Part shown: piece after piece, positions 20,424-30,881 of the stretch
Layout: every line of letters starts with the position of its first letter
How positions within the stretch are numbered: the stretch's first letter is position 1
Source of the DNA: an uncultured Chthonomonadaceae bacterium
GTDB lineage: Bacteria; Armatimonadota; Chthonomonadetes; Chthonomonadales; Chthonomonadaceae
Direction: 5' to 3'
Assembly: GCA_963817895.1 (NCBI GenBank)
Contig: CAWFQB010000004.1
Location: forward strand, 896,001 to 960,000
DNA length: 64,000 nt
Made by a program: the position numbers and the translations under genes
The notes under the pieces: model-generated
The model's input: only the letters and a program-made list of their open reading frames with translations
What the model was told of the DNA's origin: nothing
The model's database searches: none

Positions 20424-21554
20424 ATGACAGCAGAACCTTTAGACATACAAACAGAGAGACAAATGGAGATACAAGCCTATCTGCGCGGAAGCGGTATGCT
20501 GGAAGAACTGGCGCGCGATTTGGCAATTCGCCATACCCGGCATCCTGAGTACCTCAATCTGATACTGTTCAAGTACGACCAGATCAACAGCCCGATGGAC
20601 AACGCGCTCGTGCAGGAGTGTCGGGGTTTGATTCTGAATGAAACAGCAAACTGGCGCGTTGTCGCCCGCGCTTACAGCAAATTTTTCAACTATGGCGAAC
20701 CGAACGCGCCCGCGATAGAGTGGGCAACCGCCCGCGTTCAGGAGAAGGTAGACGGTACGCTATGCATCTTCTACCATTATAATAATCTGTGGCACGTCGC
20801 CACAACGGGAACGCCGGATGCTGGCGGCAGAGTGCATAACGGCGAACGCATTTTCCGCGACCTGATCTGGGAAACGGCGCGAAATTATCAACTGGAACTC
20901 CTTTCGTCCGCGCACTGCTATCTATTTGAACTGACAAGCCCCTACAACCGCGTTGTTGTGCCGCATGAGCAGTCGAGTCTCACATTGTTGGGGATACGGC
21001 AAACGGACAATGGTGACTGGATTGCATTGGAACAGGCGTCTCAATACGTGAGCGGTTCTGTTCCGGTTGTGCGGGAGTTCGCCTTTGATTCTCTGGCGGC
21101 TCTGTTTGCGTCTCTGGAAAACATCAATCCTCTGGAACAGGAGGGCTATGTGGTTGTGGATGGCGCAGACAATCGTATCAAAGTGAAACATCCACGCTAC
21201 GTTGCCCTGCATCTGCTCAAAGAATCGTTCAATGTCCGGGCTTACATTGAGGTATTGCGGGCAGGCGAAACGCCCGAATTGCTCACTTACTTTCCCGAAA
21301 TCGGCGCGGAATACGCCCCCATTCGCGCGGCTTACGAATCGCTGGCGGAAGAGATTGACAGCGATTATGCTCGCCTACAGCCTCTTTCCACTCAGAAAGA
21401 GTTCGCGCAATCCGCGCTTAAAACACGCTGTTCCGCCGCCCTGTTTGCAATCCGCGCGGGCGATTGCCGCGATGCGCGCGACTATCTGAGCCGCCGCGCT
21501 TCCGTTGTATCTGTCATGCGCCTGCTTGGATTGAAGGAGGAACCGCAGACTTAG
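20424..21554 (+). CDS. T4 Rnl1-like ATP-dependent RNA ligase (stand-alone)
   Basis: ECRGLIL...KFFNYGE, motif I EKVDGT, YLFEL.SPYNR, motif IV EGYVV, motif V RIKVK...Y..LH. Confidence 0.85.
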   Translation: MTAEPLDIQTERQMEIQAYLRGSGMLEELARDLAIRHTRHPEYLNLILFKYDQINSPMDNALVQECRGLILNETANWRVVARAYSKFFNYGEPNAPAIEWATARVQEKVDGTLCIFYHYNNLWHVATTGTPDAGGRVHNGERIFRDLIWETARNYQLELLSSAHCYLFELTSPYNRVVVPHEQSSLTLLGIRQTDNGDWIALEQASQYVSGSVPVVREFAFDSLAALFASLENINPLEQEGYVVVDGADNRIKVKHPRYVALHLLKESFNVRAYIEVLRAGETPELLTYFPEIGAEYAPIRAAYESLAEEIDSDYARLQPLSTQKEFAQSALKTRCSAALFAIRAGDCRDARDYLSRRASVVSVMRLLGLKEEPQT

Positions 21555-21611
21555 AAATGTGAGCAAGCGGATTCAAGAGAGCAAGCATACTCTCGGCATG
21601 GTATTTGCCCC

Positions 21612-21640
21612 TTGACGGAACGCCCCGAAAATTGTATACT
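21612..21640 (+). promoter_or_regulatory. Sigma70-type promoter for mutS, probably leaderless
   Basis: TTGACG-17 bp-TATACT, ending 7 nt before ATG 21648. Confidence 0.7.
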
Positions 21641-21647
21641 CGTTTGC

Positions 21648-24494
21648 ATGTCAGACACCATTTCAAACACCGATACGAACAACAATTCAATCGCAAACAG
21701 TGAAACCGTTGTGCCTGTGGAAAGCAACGGTTCCGAGTCTTCCGATACGGCTGCGCCCGTCGTCGCTGCCCCTGCTGTTAATGCCGCGCCGGGAGTGACG
21801 CCGCCCAAACGTCCGCCGCCCGTATCCGTTCCCAAAGATTATGAGGGCAGCACGCCGCTGATGAAGCAGTATTTCGCAACGTGTCAGGAGCATCCGGGCA
21901 TTATTCTGCTGATGCGCGTGGGGGACTTCTATGAGGCGTATGGCGACGCGGCGGAGATCATTGCGCGTGACCTGAACATTACCTTGACCGGGCGCGAGGA
22001 TGGGGGCGTTCGCGTTCCGATGGCGGGCGTTCCGCACCATGCGACAGAACGCTATGTTGCCCGCCTGATTCACAAGGGGCGGCGAATCGCCATCATGGAT
22101 CAGGTGGAAGACCCCAAATACGCCAAAGGATTGGTGAAGCGCAAAGTGACCCGCGTCGTCACGCCCGGAACCATCCTCGAAGACAACATGCTCGACGCCA
22201 AAAGCAACAACTACCTTGTCGCTGCGGTTGTCGGCGACCCGGTTGCGGGTATCGGCATTGTGGACGTTTCGACGGGCGAGTTCCTGACAACCGAAATGAC
22301 GGGTGACAGGCGCGTGGAATCCCTGCTGGATGAGATCATGCGGCTGGAACCGGCGGAAATTCTCGTTTCGCCGGATGCAGACCCAAATCTTGTGGAGGAA
22401 ATCCGCGCCTCGTGTTCGGGAACGGTGACGGTAGTTGAAAAGGAGGAGGGCAGGGCAAGGCGAGACAGAGAAGACAGCCGGGGTATGCTGCTGCGGCATT
22501 TTCAAACCCAATCTCTGCGCGGGTTCGGCTGCGAAGAGTACACATCGGGGCTGGACGCCTGCGCCCTCGTCCTCCGCTATTTGCAGGATACGCAGGTGAA
22601 CGCCCTGCCGCATATTCGCAGTCTCAGCACCTACTCCGCCCGCGAGTTTATGATGCTGGACAGCCCGGCGCGGCGGCATCTGGAACTGACACAGGCGATG
22701 GGCGAGGGCGGCAGGCAGCGTACCCTCCTTGCCAGTCTGGATGAAACCTTAACGCCCATGGGCGGGCGATTGCTGCGCCGGTGGCTGGAAGAGCCGTTGC
22801 TGGACGTAGCCCATATCAATCGTCGTTTGGATGCCGTTGAGGAATTATCGCGGGACGTGATTCGCCGGGGCGATGTGCGAGATTTGTTGCGCGGCATGGG
22901 CGACATCGAACGGCTTGTCAGCCGTTGCGCGGCGGGCATGGCGAACGGGCGCGATTTGATCGCCCTGAAAAACGCCCTGCTGCGCCTGCCCGATCTGGCC
23001 GACTTGCTGGAAGGTATCCAATCGGAAAAACTAAATGAACTGGCGCATCGTCTTTCCTGCCCGCCGGATGTAGCGCAGCACATTGCTGATGCTATCACCG
23101 ATGATCCGCCTGCCGGACTGCGCGATGGCGGCCTGATACGACAGGGCTATAATGCGGTACTGGACAAAATACAAGAGGGAAGCGCAAACGCCAAAACGTT
23201 TATCGCAAATCTGGAAACCTCCGAGCGACAGCGAACGGGCATCAATAGCCTCAAAGTCGGTTACAATGCCGTATTCGGCTATTACATCGAAGTTACAAAA
23301 ACCCATCTGAGCAAAGTGCCGCCCAACTATACGCGCAAGCAGACTATTTCTACCGGCGAACGCTATATTACGGAAGAATTGATAAATCAGGCGAAAATCG
23401 TATCCGACGCAGCAGAACAGGCTGTTAGAACTGGAATACGAACTGTTTTTGGGCGTTCGGGAGCGGGTTGCCGAATCCGCTGTGGAAGTGCTTGCCGTTG
23501 CCCGCGCCGTTGCCGAGTTGGATGTGTTCGCCGGGTTTGCCGAAACCGCCGTTCGCCACCACTACGCGCGCCCGGTTGTGGACGATGAAGACCGGATCGA
23601 AATTTGCGGCGGGCGGCATCCCGTGATTGAGCGTATCGGCAGCATTTTGGGCATCGGCGGCGAGTACATTCCCAACGACTGCAAGCTGGACGCGGACTGC
23701 CGCATGGCGATCATCACCGGGCCGAACATGAGCGGCAAATCCTCGTATCTGCGCCAAACCGCCCTGATCGTGCTGCTGGCGCAAATCGGCTGTTTCGTGC
23801 CTGCCGATACCGCCACTATCGGCGTGGTAGACCGCATTTTTACCCGCGTGGGGGCGCACGACGAACTGGCGAGCGGGCAGTCTACGTTCATGGTGGAAAT
23901 GAACGAAACGGCCAGTATTCTCAACAACGCCACGCCACGCAGCCTGGTCGTATCTGGATGAAATCGGGCGGGGAACCAGCACATATGACGGCCTTTCCAT
24001 CGCGTGGGCGGTTGCGGAACACCTGACGCGCATCGGCTGCAAAACCCTGTTCGCCACGCACTACCACCATCTCAACGAACTGGCAAAGCATTTCCCGACC
24101 GTGCAAAACTACCGTGTTGCCGTTAAGGAGCAGGGCGACAGTATCATCTGGCTGCGCAAACTGGTTCCGGGCGGCACGGATCGGAGTTACGGCATACAGG
24201 TGGCGCGTATGGCGGGCGTCCCGCAGGAAGTGGTAGAACGCGCCAAAGAGGTGCTGAAAGGATTGGAGCGGGGCAGCGCGGGCGCAACCCGCGACATCAT
24301 CGGGCAAACGGATGAAAACGGAACCGGCGTCGCGCCCCGCAAGCAGAAAATACAAATGACGCTTATTCGAGGCCGAAAAACACCCCGTTCTGGAAGAACT
24401 GGAAACACTCGACGTAACTTCCCTGACGCCCGTAGAAGCCCTGATGAAACTCGACGAACTCAAACGCCGCCTCGTCCGCCAATCCAAAACATAG
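21648..24494 (+). CDS. mutS: DNA mismatch repair protein MutS (about 3 frameshifts)
   Basis: [89 protein letters not shown]. Confidence 0.96.
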
Positions 24495-24539
24495 TAGGGG
24501 AAACTTTAGTAACAAAACCACAGCGGAGGAAAAAGCGTT

Positions 24540-24929
24540 TTGTCTACATGGCAGGAGTTGAGTTCGGATTGTCTTCGATCTGCAAAAGTGCTGCACGACA
24601 ACGGCTTGCTGCGACGAAGCATCAGCAGCGCGTACTATGCGGCCTACTGCGCCGTTACCAGTCATCTTGTCGCGCATGGCGTTGATTTTGCGCATGGCTG
24701 GAACAATCCAGCGCATGAACAGTTGCCGAATTTGGTGCTGAACAACACAACTTTGCCGCGTAACACGCGGTATCAGATTAACAAAGCCATTCGTCGCCTG
24801 CGTATGGCGCGAGAAGATGCAGATTATAGACCCGCAGTAGTTATTGATCCTAAACGAGCGCTTGATTGCCTGCACGACGCGGGAGATGTGCTGCAACTTA
24901 TGGAGGTAAACGTAGATGGAACTGAATAA
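24540..24929 (+). CDS. HEPN domain protein (putative RNase toxin)
   Basis: [11 protein letters not shown]-terminal motif, H in NPAHEQ, C-terminal R..REDADY; GGAGG upstream of TTG. Confidence 0.8.
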   Translation: MSTWQELSSDCLRSAKVLHDNGLLRRSISSAYYAAYCAVTSHLVAHGVDFAHGWNNPAHEQLPNLVLNNTTLPRNTRYQINKAIRRLRMAREDADYRPAVVIDPKRALDCLHDAGDVLQLMEVNVDGTE

Positions 24930-25182
24930 ACAGAGTGTCGCGCAAAAAGTGCGCGAGTACCTGCAAAACAATCATCCCGGCGGCGTAACGCTGGAAGTGG
25001 TTGAAAACGACATTCATCAGGTGGATTACTGGTGGCGCGTTCCCGTGCGTCCGAGCGCATGGCCTCTAAAGCGGTATGAATACTACGAAGCGCTGGCCGA
25101 CATTGAAAGCGATATTCAGGAAAAGGAACACCTAAATATCCTGATTGCGACCGGGGAACCTTTGGAGACGGAAGCGGCTTGA
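24916..25182 (+). CDS. Small acidic hypothetical protein, putative HEPN partner
   Basis: Overlaps the HEPN stop by 14 nt; SD GGAGG; WWRVPVRP...YEALADIE..IQ....LNILI. Confidence 0.7.
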   Translation: MELNKQSVAQKVREYLQNNHPGGVTLEVVENDIHQVDYWWRVPVRPSAWPLKRYEYYEALADIESDIQEKEHLNILIATGEPLETEAA

Positions 25183-25184
25183 CG

Positions 25185-25517
25185 ATGAATACGTTATCGC
25201 GCCTTGAACTAAATGCGCAAATTGCCGTGCAGAAGGCGCGTAATTTGCTGCCGACTGAGGCCGTTGGCGGCGTAATGCTGACCATTTTGGAAGAGGACGT
25301 TTACTCGCAACATGATTTCTGGCACATTCCCGTTCGACCTGGCGCCGACCCTTGCAGTTTGTCCGAATTGCTTGAAACACTTGCCCAAATCGAAACCACG
25401 TTGCAACTGGATTACGGTTTAAACGTCATGATTAATCTTGGCGACCCGGAACCGGAGGAAAGCGGCGCAGAGGTTGAGGAGAAGCAAAGCGGATTAGCGT
25501 CAACTATTGCCGCCTGA
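25185..25517 (+). CDS. Small acidic hypothetical protein, paralog of 24916-25182
   Basis: GGV.L.I.E.D....DFWHIPVRP...LETLAQIE..LQ....LNVMI aligns with the upstream protein. Confidence 0.7.
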   Translation: MNTLSRLELNAQIAVQKARNLLPTEAVGGVMLTILEEDVYSQHDFWHIPVRPGADPCSLSELLETLAQIETTLQLDYGLNVMINLGDPEPEESGAEVEEKQSGLASTIAA

Positions 25518-25549
25518 TAGTTACAGTGCCAGTTCAGGAGGCTTTCGCG

Positions 25550-26392
25550 ATGTCCTACAAACCGCTTCATGACATACTCTCCGCTCTGGATGCGCAGCAG
25601 CGCGAAGAACTATCTGCGCTCGACGGGCAGGTGGATGCCGCTGAGTTGGTGCGGGCGCGAGAGGCCAAAAAGCGTCTCTATACCGCGTCGGTGTTCTTTA
25701 TCGAGCGCAGTTGGGAGGTTCTCGCCCCACAACTGGAAGAGTTTTCGCTGGAAGCGAAATCAGGTAAAACGCCTGAAGAACTTCGCGCGTATCTGGAAGC
25801 GTTACGGAGGCGACAGCCTGCCTATGCGTGGGGCTGGATACGCGCCCGTATGGATGCCTGGCTGATGAGGCGTCTTGAAATCTGTGTGCCTGCTTTGCTG
25901 CGGCAATACCCGAAGCAGGCGGTTGCCTACGGGGACTGTTTTAGTAAAGTGGACCACTACTGGTTTCGGCAAACGCCGTTGCTTCATCTCAAAGCCGGTT
26001 ATCATACCGGCTTGAGCGCAGCCTGTAAGTGGTACGGCTCTGCTTTTGAACTGATGCCGCATACGTCCACTACCGGTACGCTTGCTACGCGCGAATTCCC
26101 ACGGTATCTGCGCCGATTTACCTCATTCTCCCTGACAATGCTGACACGAACCGATGGGTATCTATGGGACTCGGCCAACGCGGAACCGCTGGAAGCCGTT
26201 CTTGAGGGCGAAACACTAAAAATAGCCCCTAAAGCGGTAAAGGTATGGCGTCTCGAAAGCGCCCCCGATTATGGGCTGCGGCTTGGCTGTCCAGCATTGG
26301 GCGCGCGTAGCGAAGCGGGACAGCCTGCGTTTCAGGGCCTCATCGCGTGGGTTGAGCAGGTCTTTGCTCGTTATCTTCTTGAGCGGCAATGA
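25550..26392 (+). CDS. Hypothetical protein (C-terminal GCPA motif)
   Basis: Uninterrupted 280-aa ORF with SD AGGAGG; no family recognised. Confidence 0.65.
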   Translation: MSYKPLHDILSALDAQQREELSALDGQVDAAELVRAREAKKRLYTASVFFIERSWEVLAPQLEEFSLEAKSGKTPEELRAYLEALRRRQPAYAWGWIRARMDAWLMRRLEICVPALLRQYPKQAVAYGDCFSKVDHYWFRQTPLLHLKAGYHTGLSAACKWYGSAFELMPHTSTTGTLATREFPRYLRRFTSFSLTMLTRTDGYLWDSANAEPLEAVLEGETLKIAPKAVKVWRLESAPDYGLRLGCPALGARSEAGQPAFQGLIAWVEQVFARYLLERQ

Positions 26393-26418
26393 ATCCCACA
26401 TCCTGAGCGAAATAAACT

Positions 26419-26874
26419 CTATTGTTCCTGTAGCGAAGAGACTTTTCCGCCTTTGCCCTCCACCTCGTTCTGGATAGACTGCAAGGCAGTTTGCAGTTCC
26501 TCGTTGATAACAGCGTCCCGATCGCCGCTTTTTTCCAGATTGGCGCTGATGTCGGGCGGGGGCGCGAAGGAGAGATGCACGGTCACTTTCGATTGTCCAT
26601 CCTCCGCATCCACAACCTGCATCCAGCCGGAATAGGCGTGTTCGCCATCCGAACCCCATTCCAGACGCAGCGCGGCGTGATCGGCGTGTAAATGTCCATC
26701 CGAATCGTAGTGGTGGCCTTTGGCATCGCCCTCCATGTGAACGCGTTCGCCCTCCTGCGGTTCGGCGCGTTGCACGGTAGGCAGGTATTTGGGCATATTT
26801 CGCGCGTCGGCAATAAAGTCGAACACAACATCCGGCGCGGCTTGTACGGTCAGACTCTGCTCGTATTCAGGCAC
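26419..26874 (-). CDS. SRPBCC/START-like (polyketide cyclase) family protein
   Basis: YEQSLTVQAAPDVVFDFIADARNMPKYLP...LEWGSDG...YSGW.QV; GTG after AGGAG. Confidence 0.85.
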   Translation of the reverse strand: MPEYEQSLTVQAAPDVVFDFIADARNMPKYLPTVQRAEPQEGERVHMEGDAKGHHYDSDGHLHADHAALRLEWGSDGEHAYSGWMQVVDAEDGQSKVTVHLSFAPPPDISANLEKSGDRDAVINEELQTALQSIQNEVEGKGGKVSSLQEQ

Positions 26875-26965
26875 AATGGTTCTCCTATCATCTGAGGATT
26901 TAATCTCCTGATACGCGAAATCTCCGTTTTGTTCCGCATTGGGAAGCGCACAGCGCGGAAACATG

Positions 26966-27002
26966 AAAAAGCCTGTGTCTGTCATTTCAACAGACACAGG
27001 CT
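26966..27002 (-). terminator. Intrinsic terminator
   Basis: 13-bp stem AGCCTGTGTCTGT/ACAGACACAGGCT, 7-nt loop, U-tract on the minus strand, downstream of 27034-27379. Confidence 0.8.
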
Positions 27003-27033
27003 ATTTCTTGCGGATAGGGTATTCGCCCGAAAA

Positions 27034-27379
27034 CTACTGCGCGCCACCGGGACGCTTGCGGGCTTCGATGGAATCCAGCAGGGCCACCATGTCGCTCAGG
27101 GTTTTGTTGGCATGGTCAATGTTGGCCTGAACCGCAGCGGTGTTGTTTCCCGGCGCGGGGGCCATGTTGTTGTTCATCATTGGATTCGCGCGCTTCCATC
27201 TTCGCTTCTTTTTTCTCCATCTTGCGCTCGGCCTTGCGCTCCTTGCGCTCAGGCTTGGACATCGCCTTTTTCTCCTGCTTGGAGGGCTTGGGCGTGTTGT
27301 TCTGCGCGCAAACGGGCGCGACAACCGAGACGGCCAGCAGACCCATCAGGGCGAAAGCGAAGGGACGTTGAATGGTCAT
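27034..27379 (-). CDS. Small secreted Lys/Glu-rich protein (one frameshift)
   Basis: Signal peptide MTIQRPFAFALMGLLAVSVVAPVCA/Q, KE-rich helix, continues into ORF 27034-27324; SD AGGAG. Confidence 0.6.
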
Positions 27380-27436
27380 GTTCGTACTCCTATTGGTAAA
27401 ATATGTGTATCGGGAAAAGACAAACGTACAGGTTGT

Positions 27437-27466
27437 ATTATAGTGTATCCCACGCTCGGAAGTCAA
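27437..27466 (-). promoter_or_regulatory. Sigma70-type promoter
   Basis: TTGACT-18 bp-TATAAT on the minus strand, ~60 nt upstream of ATG 27379. Confidence 0.5.
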
Positions 27467-27468
27467 TA

Positions 27469-27544
27469 GGGGGTGAAGGTATAAGGGGTAAGTGGTAAAG
27501 GATAAGACAAAGCCCAACACCAAACACCGAACACCGAACACCGA
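27469..27544. repeat. Two adjacent heptamer arrays (GGGTAAG-like and CCGAACA)
   Basis: GGGTGAAGGTATAAGGGGTAAGTGGTAAAGGATAAG then CACCAAACACCGAACACCGAACACCGA. Confidence 0.7.
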
Positions 27545-27546
27545 TG

Positions 27547-29496
27547 CTACTCCACTATCAGCCCTTCTTGATACGCGTAAATCAGTCGTTCCAACTGCGT
27601 GATTGCGCTGCGCAGGCGTTGCCCCTCTTCGGTATCGCTGACGCGGCGAACTTCAGGGTACTCGCGCAACGTGGTTATTTTGGGGATCATGTCCGCGCCA
27701 CCCGTAATAGCCGCTTCTACGGAATCGAAGTGGGAATGTTCCGCCAGCAAAATACGATCCGCGTCTAAAATCAGCGTGTAGCCGCGATCTCCAAATGCTT
27801 CCGAGAACGCGCCATCAATGGTCACGGCGTTGCCGCCCCGCTTTACTGGCTGTTCCCCTTCGGCGATTTTAACCGGCACATGTCCGTTGACAATCAGACC
27901 GTTTGGTTCACGCCGAACTCGCGCAGGATTTTGCGGCAGAAATCGGCGTCATGAATCAACTCGAAGTAGGGATTCTTGACCTCTTGATGCGTGGCCTTGT
28001 CTGCGACAAAGTAGGTTTCAAAGGTCGCCATTTTGTCCTTGCCAAACAGGGGCGACAGCGGCCCGGCCCATAGATACCAGAGCCAGTCGGCGTCCGCATC
28101 CCGGTTGTCGGCTCCCTTGCGAAAGGCGCGGCGTATGAGGGAGGCCAGCGCGTCGAACAGGGCTTTGCCGCTGCGTTCCACGCCATCCACGTTGAGCGAC
28201 AGATAATCGCTGTTTTCATCGCAGGGGACGCAGGCGTGAAAAATCAGAACATCGTCGCGCTTCTGCCACATTGCGCCGTGATTGACGACCCATCGCATCT
28301 GTTCCCACAGCGTTTGACTGGCGACAAACGACTGCTGCAATCGCTTCATGCAGGCGTCCTCTTCGGGCGAACAGGGCATACGGGTCAGCGGGATCAACGG
28401 TGGGGAAATAGGTATCCAGAAGCGGGTAGGTTTGCCCGTCAATCTCGACCGTTCCCGCCGCGCTATCTATGCGGTGCAGCAGGTTGCGGTGTTCCCAGTT
28501 CCATCCGGGATGCTTGCGGCTGCTGCTGCCCTCCAGTTTGAAGTTGAGAATGGCGGCGGCTTTTTGCATCCGCGCCATCGTCAGGTCGTCGCGCAGGCCG
28601 GAACTTTTGGCGTGAAAGCGTTCGGCGGGATCGTTGCCGTACACAGTTCGCGCCAGATGTTCCAGCGGCTCGATGAGGATGCCGTATCCCTCTTCCAACT
28701 GCTCCAATCGCTGATAGCGCAGGGACAGGCGCAGCACGGTGGCAATCGCCGTCGGTTCTCCCAAGCACGCGCCCATCCAGGAAGTATCGTGATTGCCCCA
28801 CGTAATGGCCACATTGGGTTGGCGCATCAGGTAGTCAATCACTTTGTCAATGCGTTCGCCTCGATCTCCCATGTCGCCGGCAACAAAGATTTCGCCGATG
28901 CTGAGATTACGCGCAAGCCGACTCGCCGCCCGCACAACGTCAAAAATCGCGCCCCCCTCCACGAAAACGCGGATGATGGTCTGAATATACTCCGCGCCGC
29001 GTTCCCATACAGGCATGTCGAACAGTTCCTCAAACAACTCTTTATACGCGATGGGAAAGAGCGCGTGAACGCGATGGCGGCGATACGCGGTTGCGAGACG
29101 GCGAATGAGCTGAAATTGCATTCGCAATACTTCCCACGCCCATTGCGCCTGCGCGTCGGGCGTAGACAGTCGGGCGCGAAGAACCTGCGTAGCCTCATGC
29201 GGATAATAGAGGATGGCGAGGAACGCGGTCATATTGTCCGTTGACAATTGACTGCCGAAAAGTTCCTCCACGAGCGGGCGCAGTTTGCCGGAAGCGTTGT
29301 TGATGACGTGCCGCAACTTCTTGTAGTCGCCGTGAATGTCGCTGATGACATGTACTGCGGGTTTTGGCAGCGTCAGGCCGGCTTTGCAGGCGGCAATCTC
29401 ACTCTGCGCGGAGGCCACATTCGGGTATCGAATCGCCAATGCCTGTAAAGCCGCCAATTCCTGCGCCGAGATTTCCTGCTCCAGATCGTGGGTCAT
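27547..29496 (-). CDS. fbp: Class III (Firmicutes-type) fructose-1,6-bisphosphatase (frameshifted, at least 3 fragments)
   Basis: LPK...VISDIHG.Y, AGDMGDRG, WGNHD, WYLWAGPLSPLFGKDKMATFETYF, NGHVPVK..GE.PVK.GG....IDGAFSEA...GYTL. Confidence 0.9.
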
Positions 29497-29614
29497 ATTC
29501 GCGCTCCTTCTGAAAGTGATGTACAAGATTGGACGCGCTAAATCCTGCCGACTGATAAACATTTACGCCAATACAGGCCCCTGTTCAGAAGGAACGTACC
29601 CGGTTTCGACAACT

Positions 29615-29877
29615 TTATCCGGGACCGTAAAAGGCGGCATTGATTTCGATGAACTTCTGCCAGACGCGCGGCACGTCGCTTTCCTGATAGATCGCATCCA
29701 CCGGACATTCCGACTCGCACAATCCGCAGTCTATGCAGTGTTCGGGATTGATAAACAGCATGTCATAACGCTGTCCCTCCTTTTCCACAATCCCCTCGTG
29801 AATGCAGTCCATCGGACAAATCGTAACGCAGGATTGTCTTTCACGCCCATGCACGGTTCGGTAATCACATAAGTCAT
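29615..29877 (-). CDS. Ferredoxin (7Fe/8Fe FdxA-like; one frameshift)
   Basis: MTYVITEPCMGVKD.SCVTICPMDCIHE...INPEHCIDCGLCESECPVDAI. Confidence 0.9.
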
Positions 29878-29950
29878 TGTGTTCTTTCTCCCTGTAGCCC
29901 TCACCTCCACTTGGTTTGAATACACCTCACCGGGCGTCCACTTGTGGACA

Positions 29951-29991
29951 CGGCCCCTCTCCTTGCCGCGCAACGCGCTAGGAGAGGGGAG
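29951..29991. repeat. REP-like palindrome, 41 bp identical to 37920-37960
   Basis: CGGCCCCTCTCCTTGCCGCGCAACGCGCTAGGAGAGGGGAG (CCCCTCTCCT/AGGAGAGGGG stem). Confidence 0.85.
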
Positions 29992-30070
29992 GCGCGTTCA
30001 TTCGGGACGGTGGAAGTTCATAGTTCCATTTCCGAGTTTTGGAAAAGGGGTAGCTGTTTCTATCGGACAC

Positions 30071-30114
30071 AGTGTACGGCAGAAAGAAAGCTGGAAACAA
30101 TGACTTATATCACG
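30071..30114 (-). promoter_or_regulatory. Putative CRP/FNR-family site plus -10 box (class II promoter) for ferredoxin-fbp
   Basis: AATGA-CTTATA-TCACG at 30099-30114 resembles TGTGA-N6-TCACA. It is centred ~42 bp upstream of the start implied by TACACT (minus strand, 30076-30071). Confidence 0.5.
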
Positions 30115-30149
30115 GCGAAAATAAGGTTGAACGCGGTATTCTGATAGGC

Positions 30150-30881
30150 ATGGAACCTTCTATTTTGTCTACAATTTCTCAAAATGCCGGATTTGGTCGC
30201 CGTCGCGCCGCGCTACGGCGGGTCCAGTTTTTGAAAACGCTGCCGGACGATGCGCTTGACGAACTCGCCTGCGCAGGGGTAGAACGCCGTTTAAGTCGGG
30301 GTGAACTGCTGTTTGCCGAACATGACCGCTGTTTGGGGCTGATTGTGGTACTCGCGGGCGCAATCAAGGTTTATAAATTAGATACGCGGGGGCGCGAACT
30401 GACGCTGGACAGCGAACTGCCGGGTGAAAGCGTCTTTGAATTGCCGCTTTTCGATGGCGGCAACTATCCCGCCAGCGCGGAAGCCTCACAGGATGGAACT
30501 GTTGTTTATATTGTTCGCCGGGAACGGTTCGGGCAGTTTGTCGCTACTAATCCGCAGATCGCCGCCCTTGCCCTGCGCGCGCTTGCCGTACGGACGCGCA
30601 AATTAATTCAGATGGTGGAAGCCCATTCGCTTCATTCCGTGCGGGCGCGACTGGCTGCGTACCTGCTGCAAACGGCAGGGGAACGCGCCCGATTTACTCT
30701 CCCCGAAACCAATGAGGCCATTGGCAGCCGTATCGGAACTGTGCGGGAAGTAATCTCTCGAACGTTGCACAGTTTCAAGGATGCGGGCCTGCTTCGCCTC
30801 TGCGGGCGAGAAGTCATCCTTTGCGAACCCAACGCGCTCAAACGTATAGCAGGAATTGAAGCCATTGAAGCGGAATACTAA
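30150..30881 (+). CDS. Crp/Fnr family transcriptional regulator
   Basis: cNMP-binding fold (LF.E.D...L.VV..G.IKVYK....GRE..L...PGE..FE.PLFDG..YPASAEA) and HTH IG..IGTVREVISRTL; no FNR Cys cluster; TATTCT 7 nt before ATG. Confidence 0.92.
   Translation: MEPSILSTISQNAGFGRRRAALRRVQFLKTLPDDALDELACAGVERRLSRGELLFAEHDRCLGLIVVLAGAIKVYKLDTRGRELTLDSELPGESVFELPLFDGGNYPASAEASQDGTVVYIVRRERFGQFVATNPQIAALALRALAVRTRKLIQMVEAHSLHSVRARLAAYLLQTAGERARFTLPETNEAIGSRIGTVREVISRTLHSFKDAGLLRLCGREVILCEPNALKRIAGIEAIEAEY

Noticed and set aside
20424..26392. Prophage around the RNA ligase and HEPN genes
   Set aside because: There are no integrase, structural or replication genes, and mutS lies in the middle.
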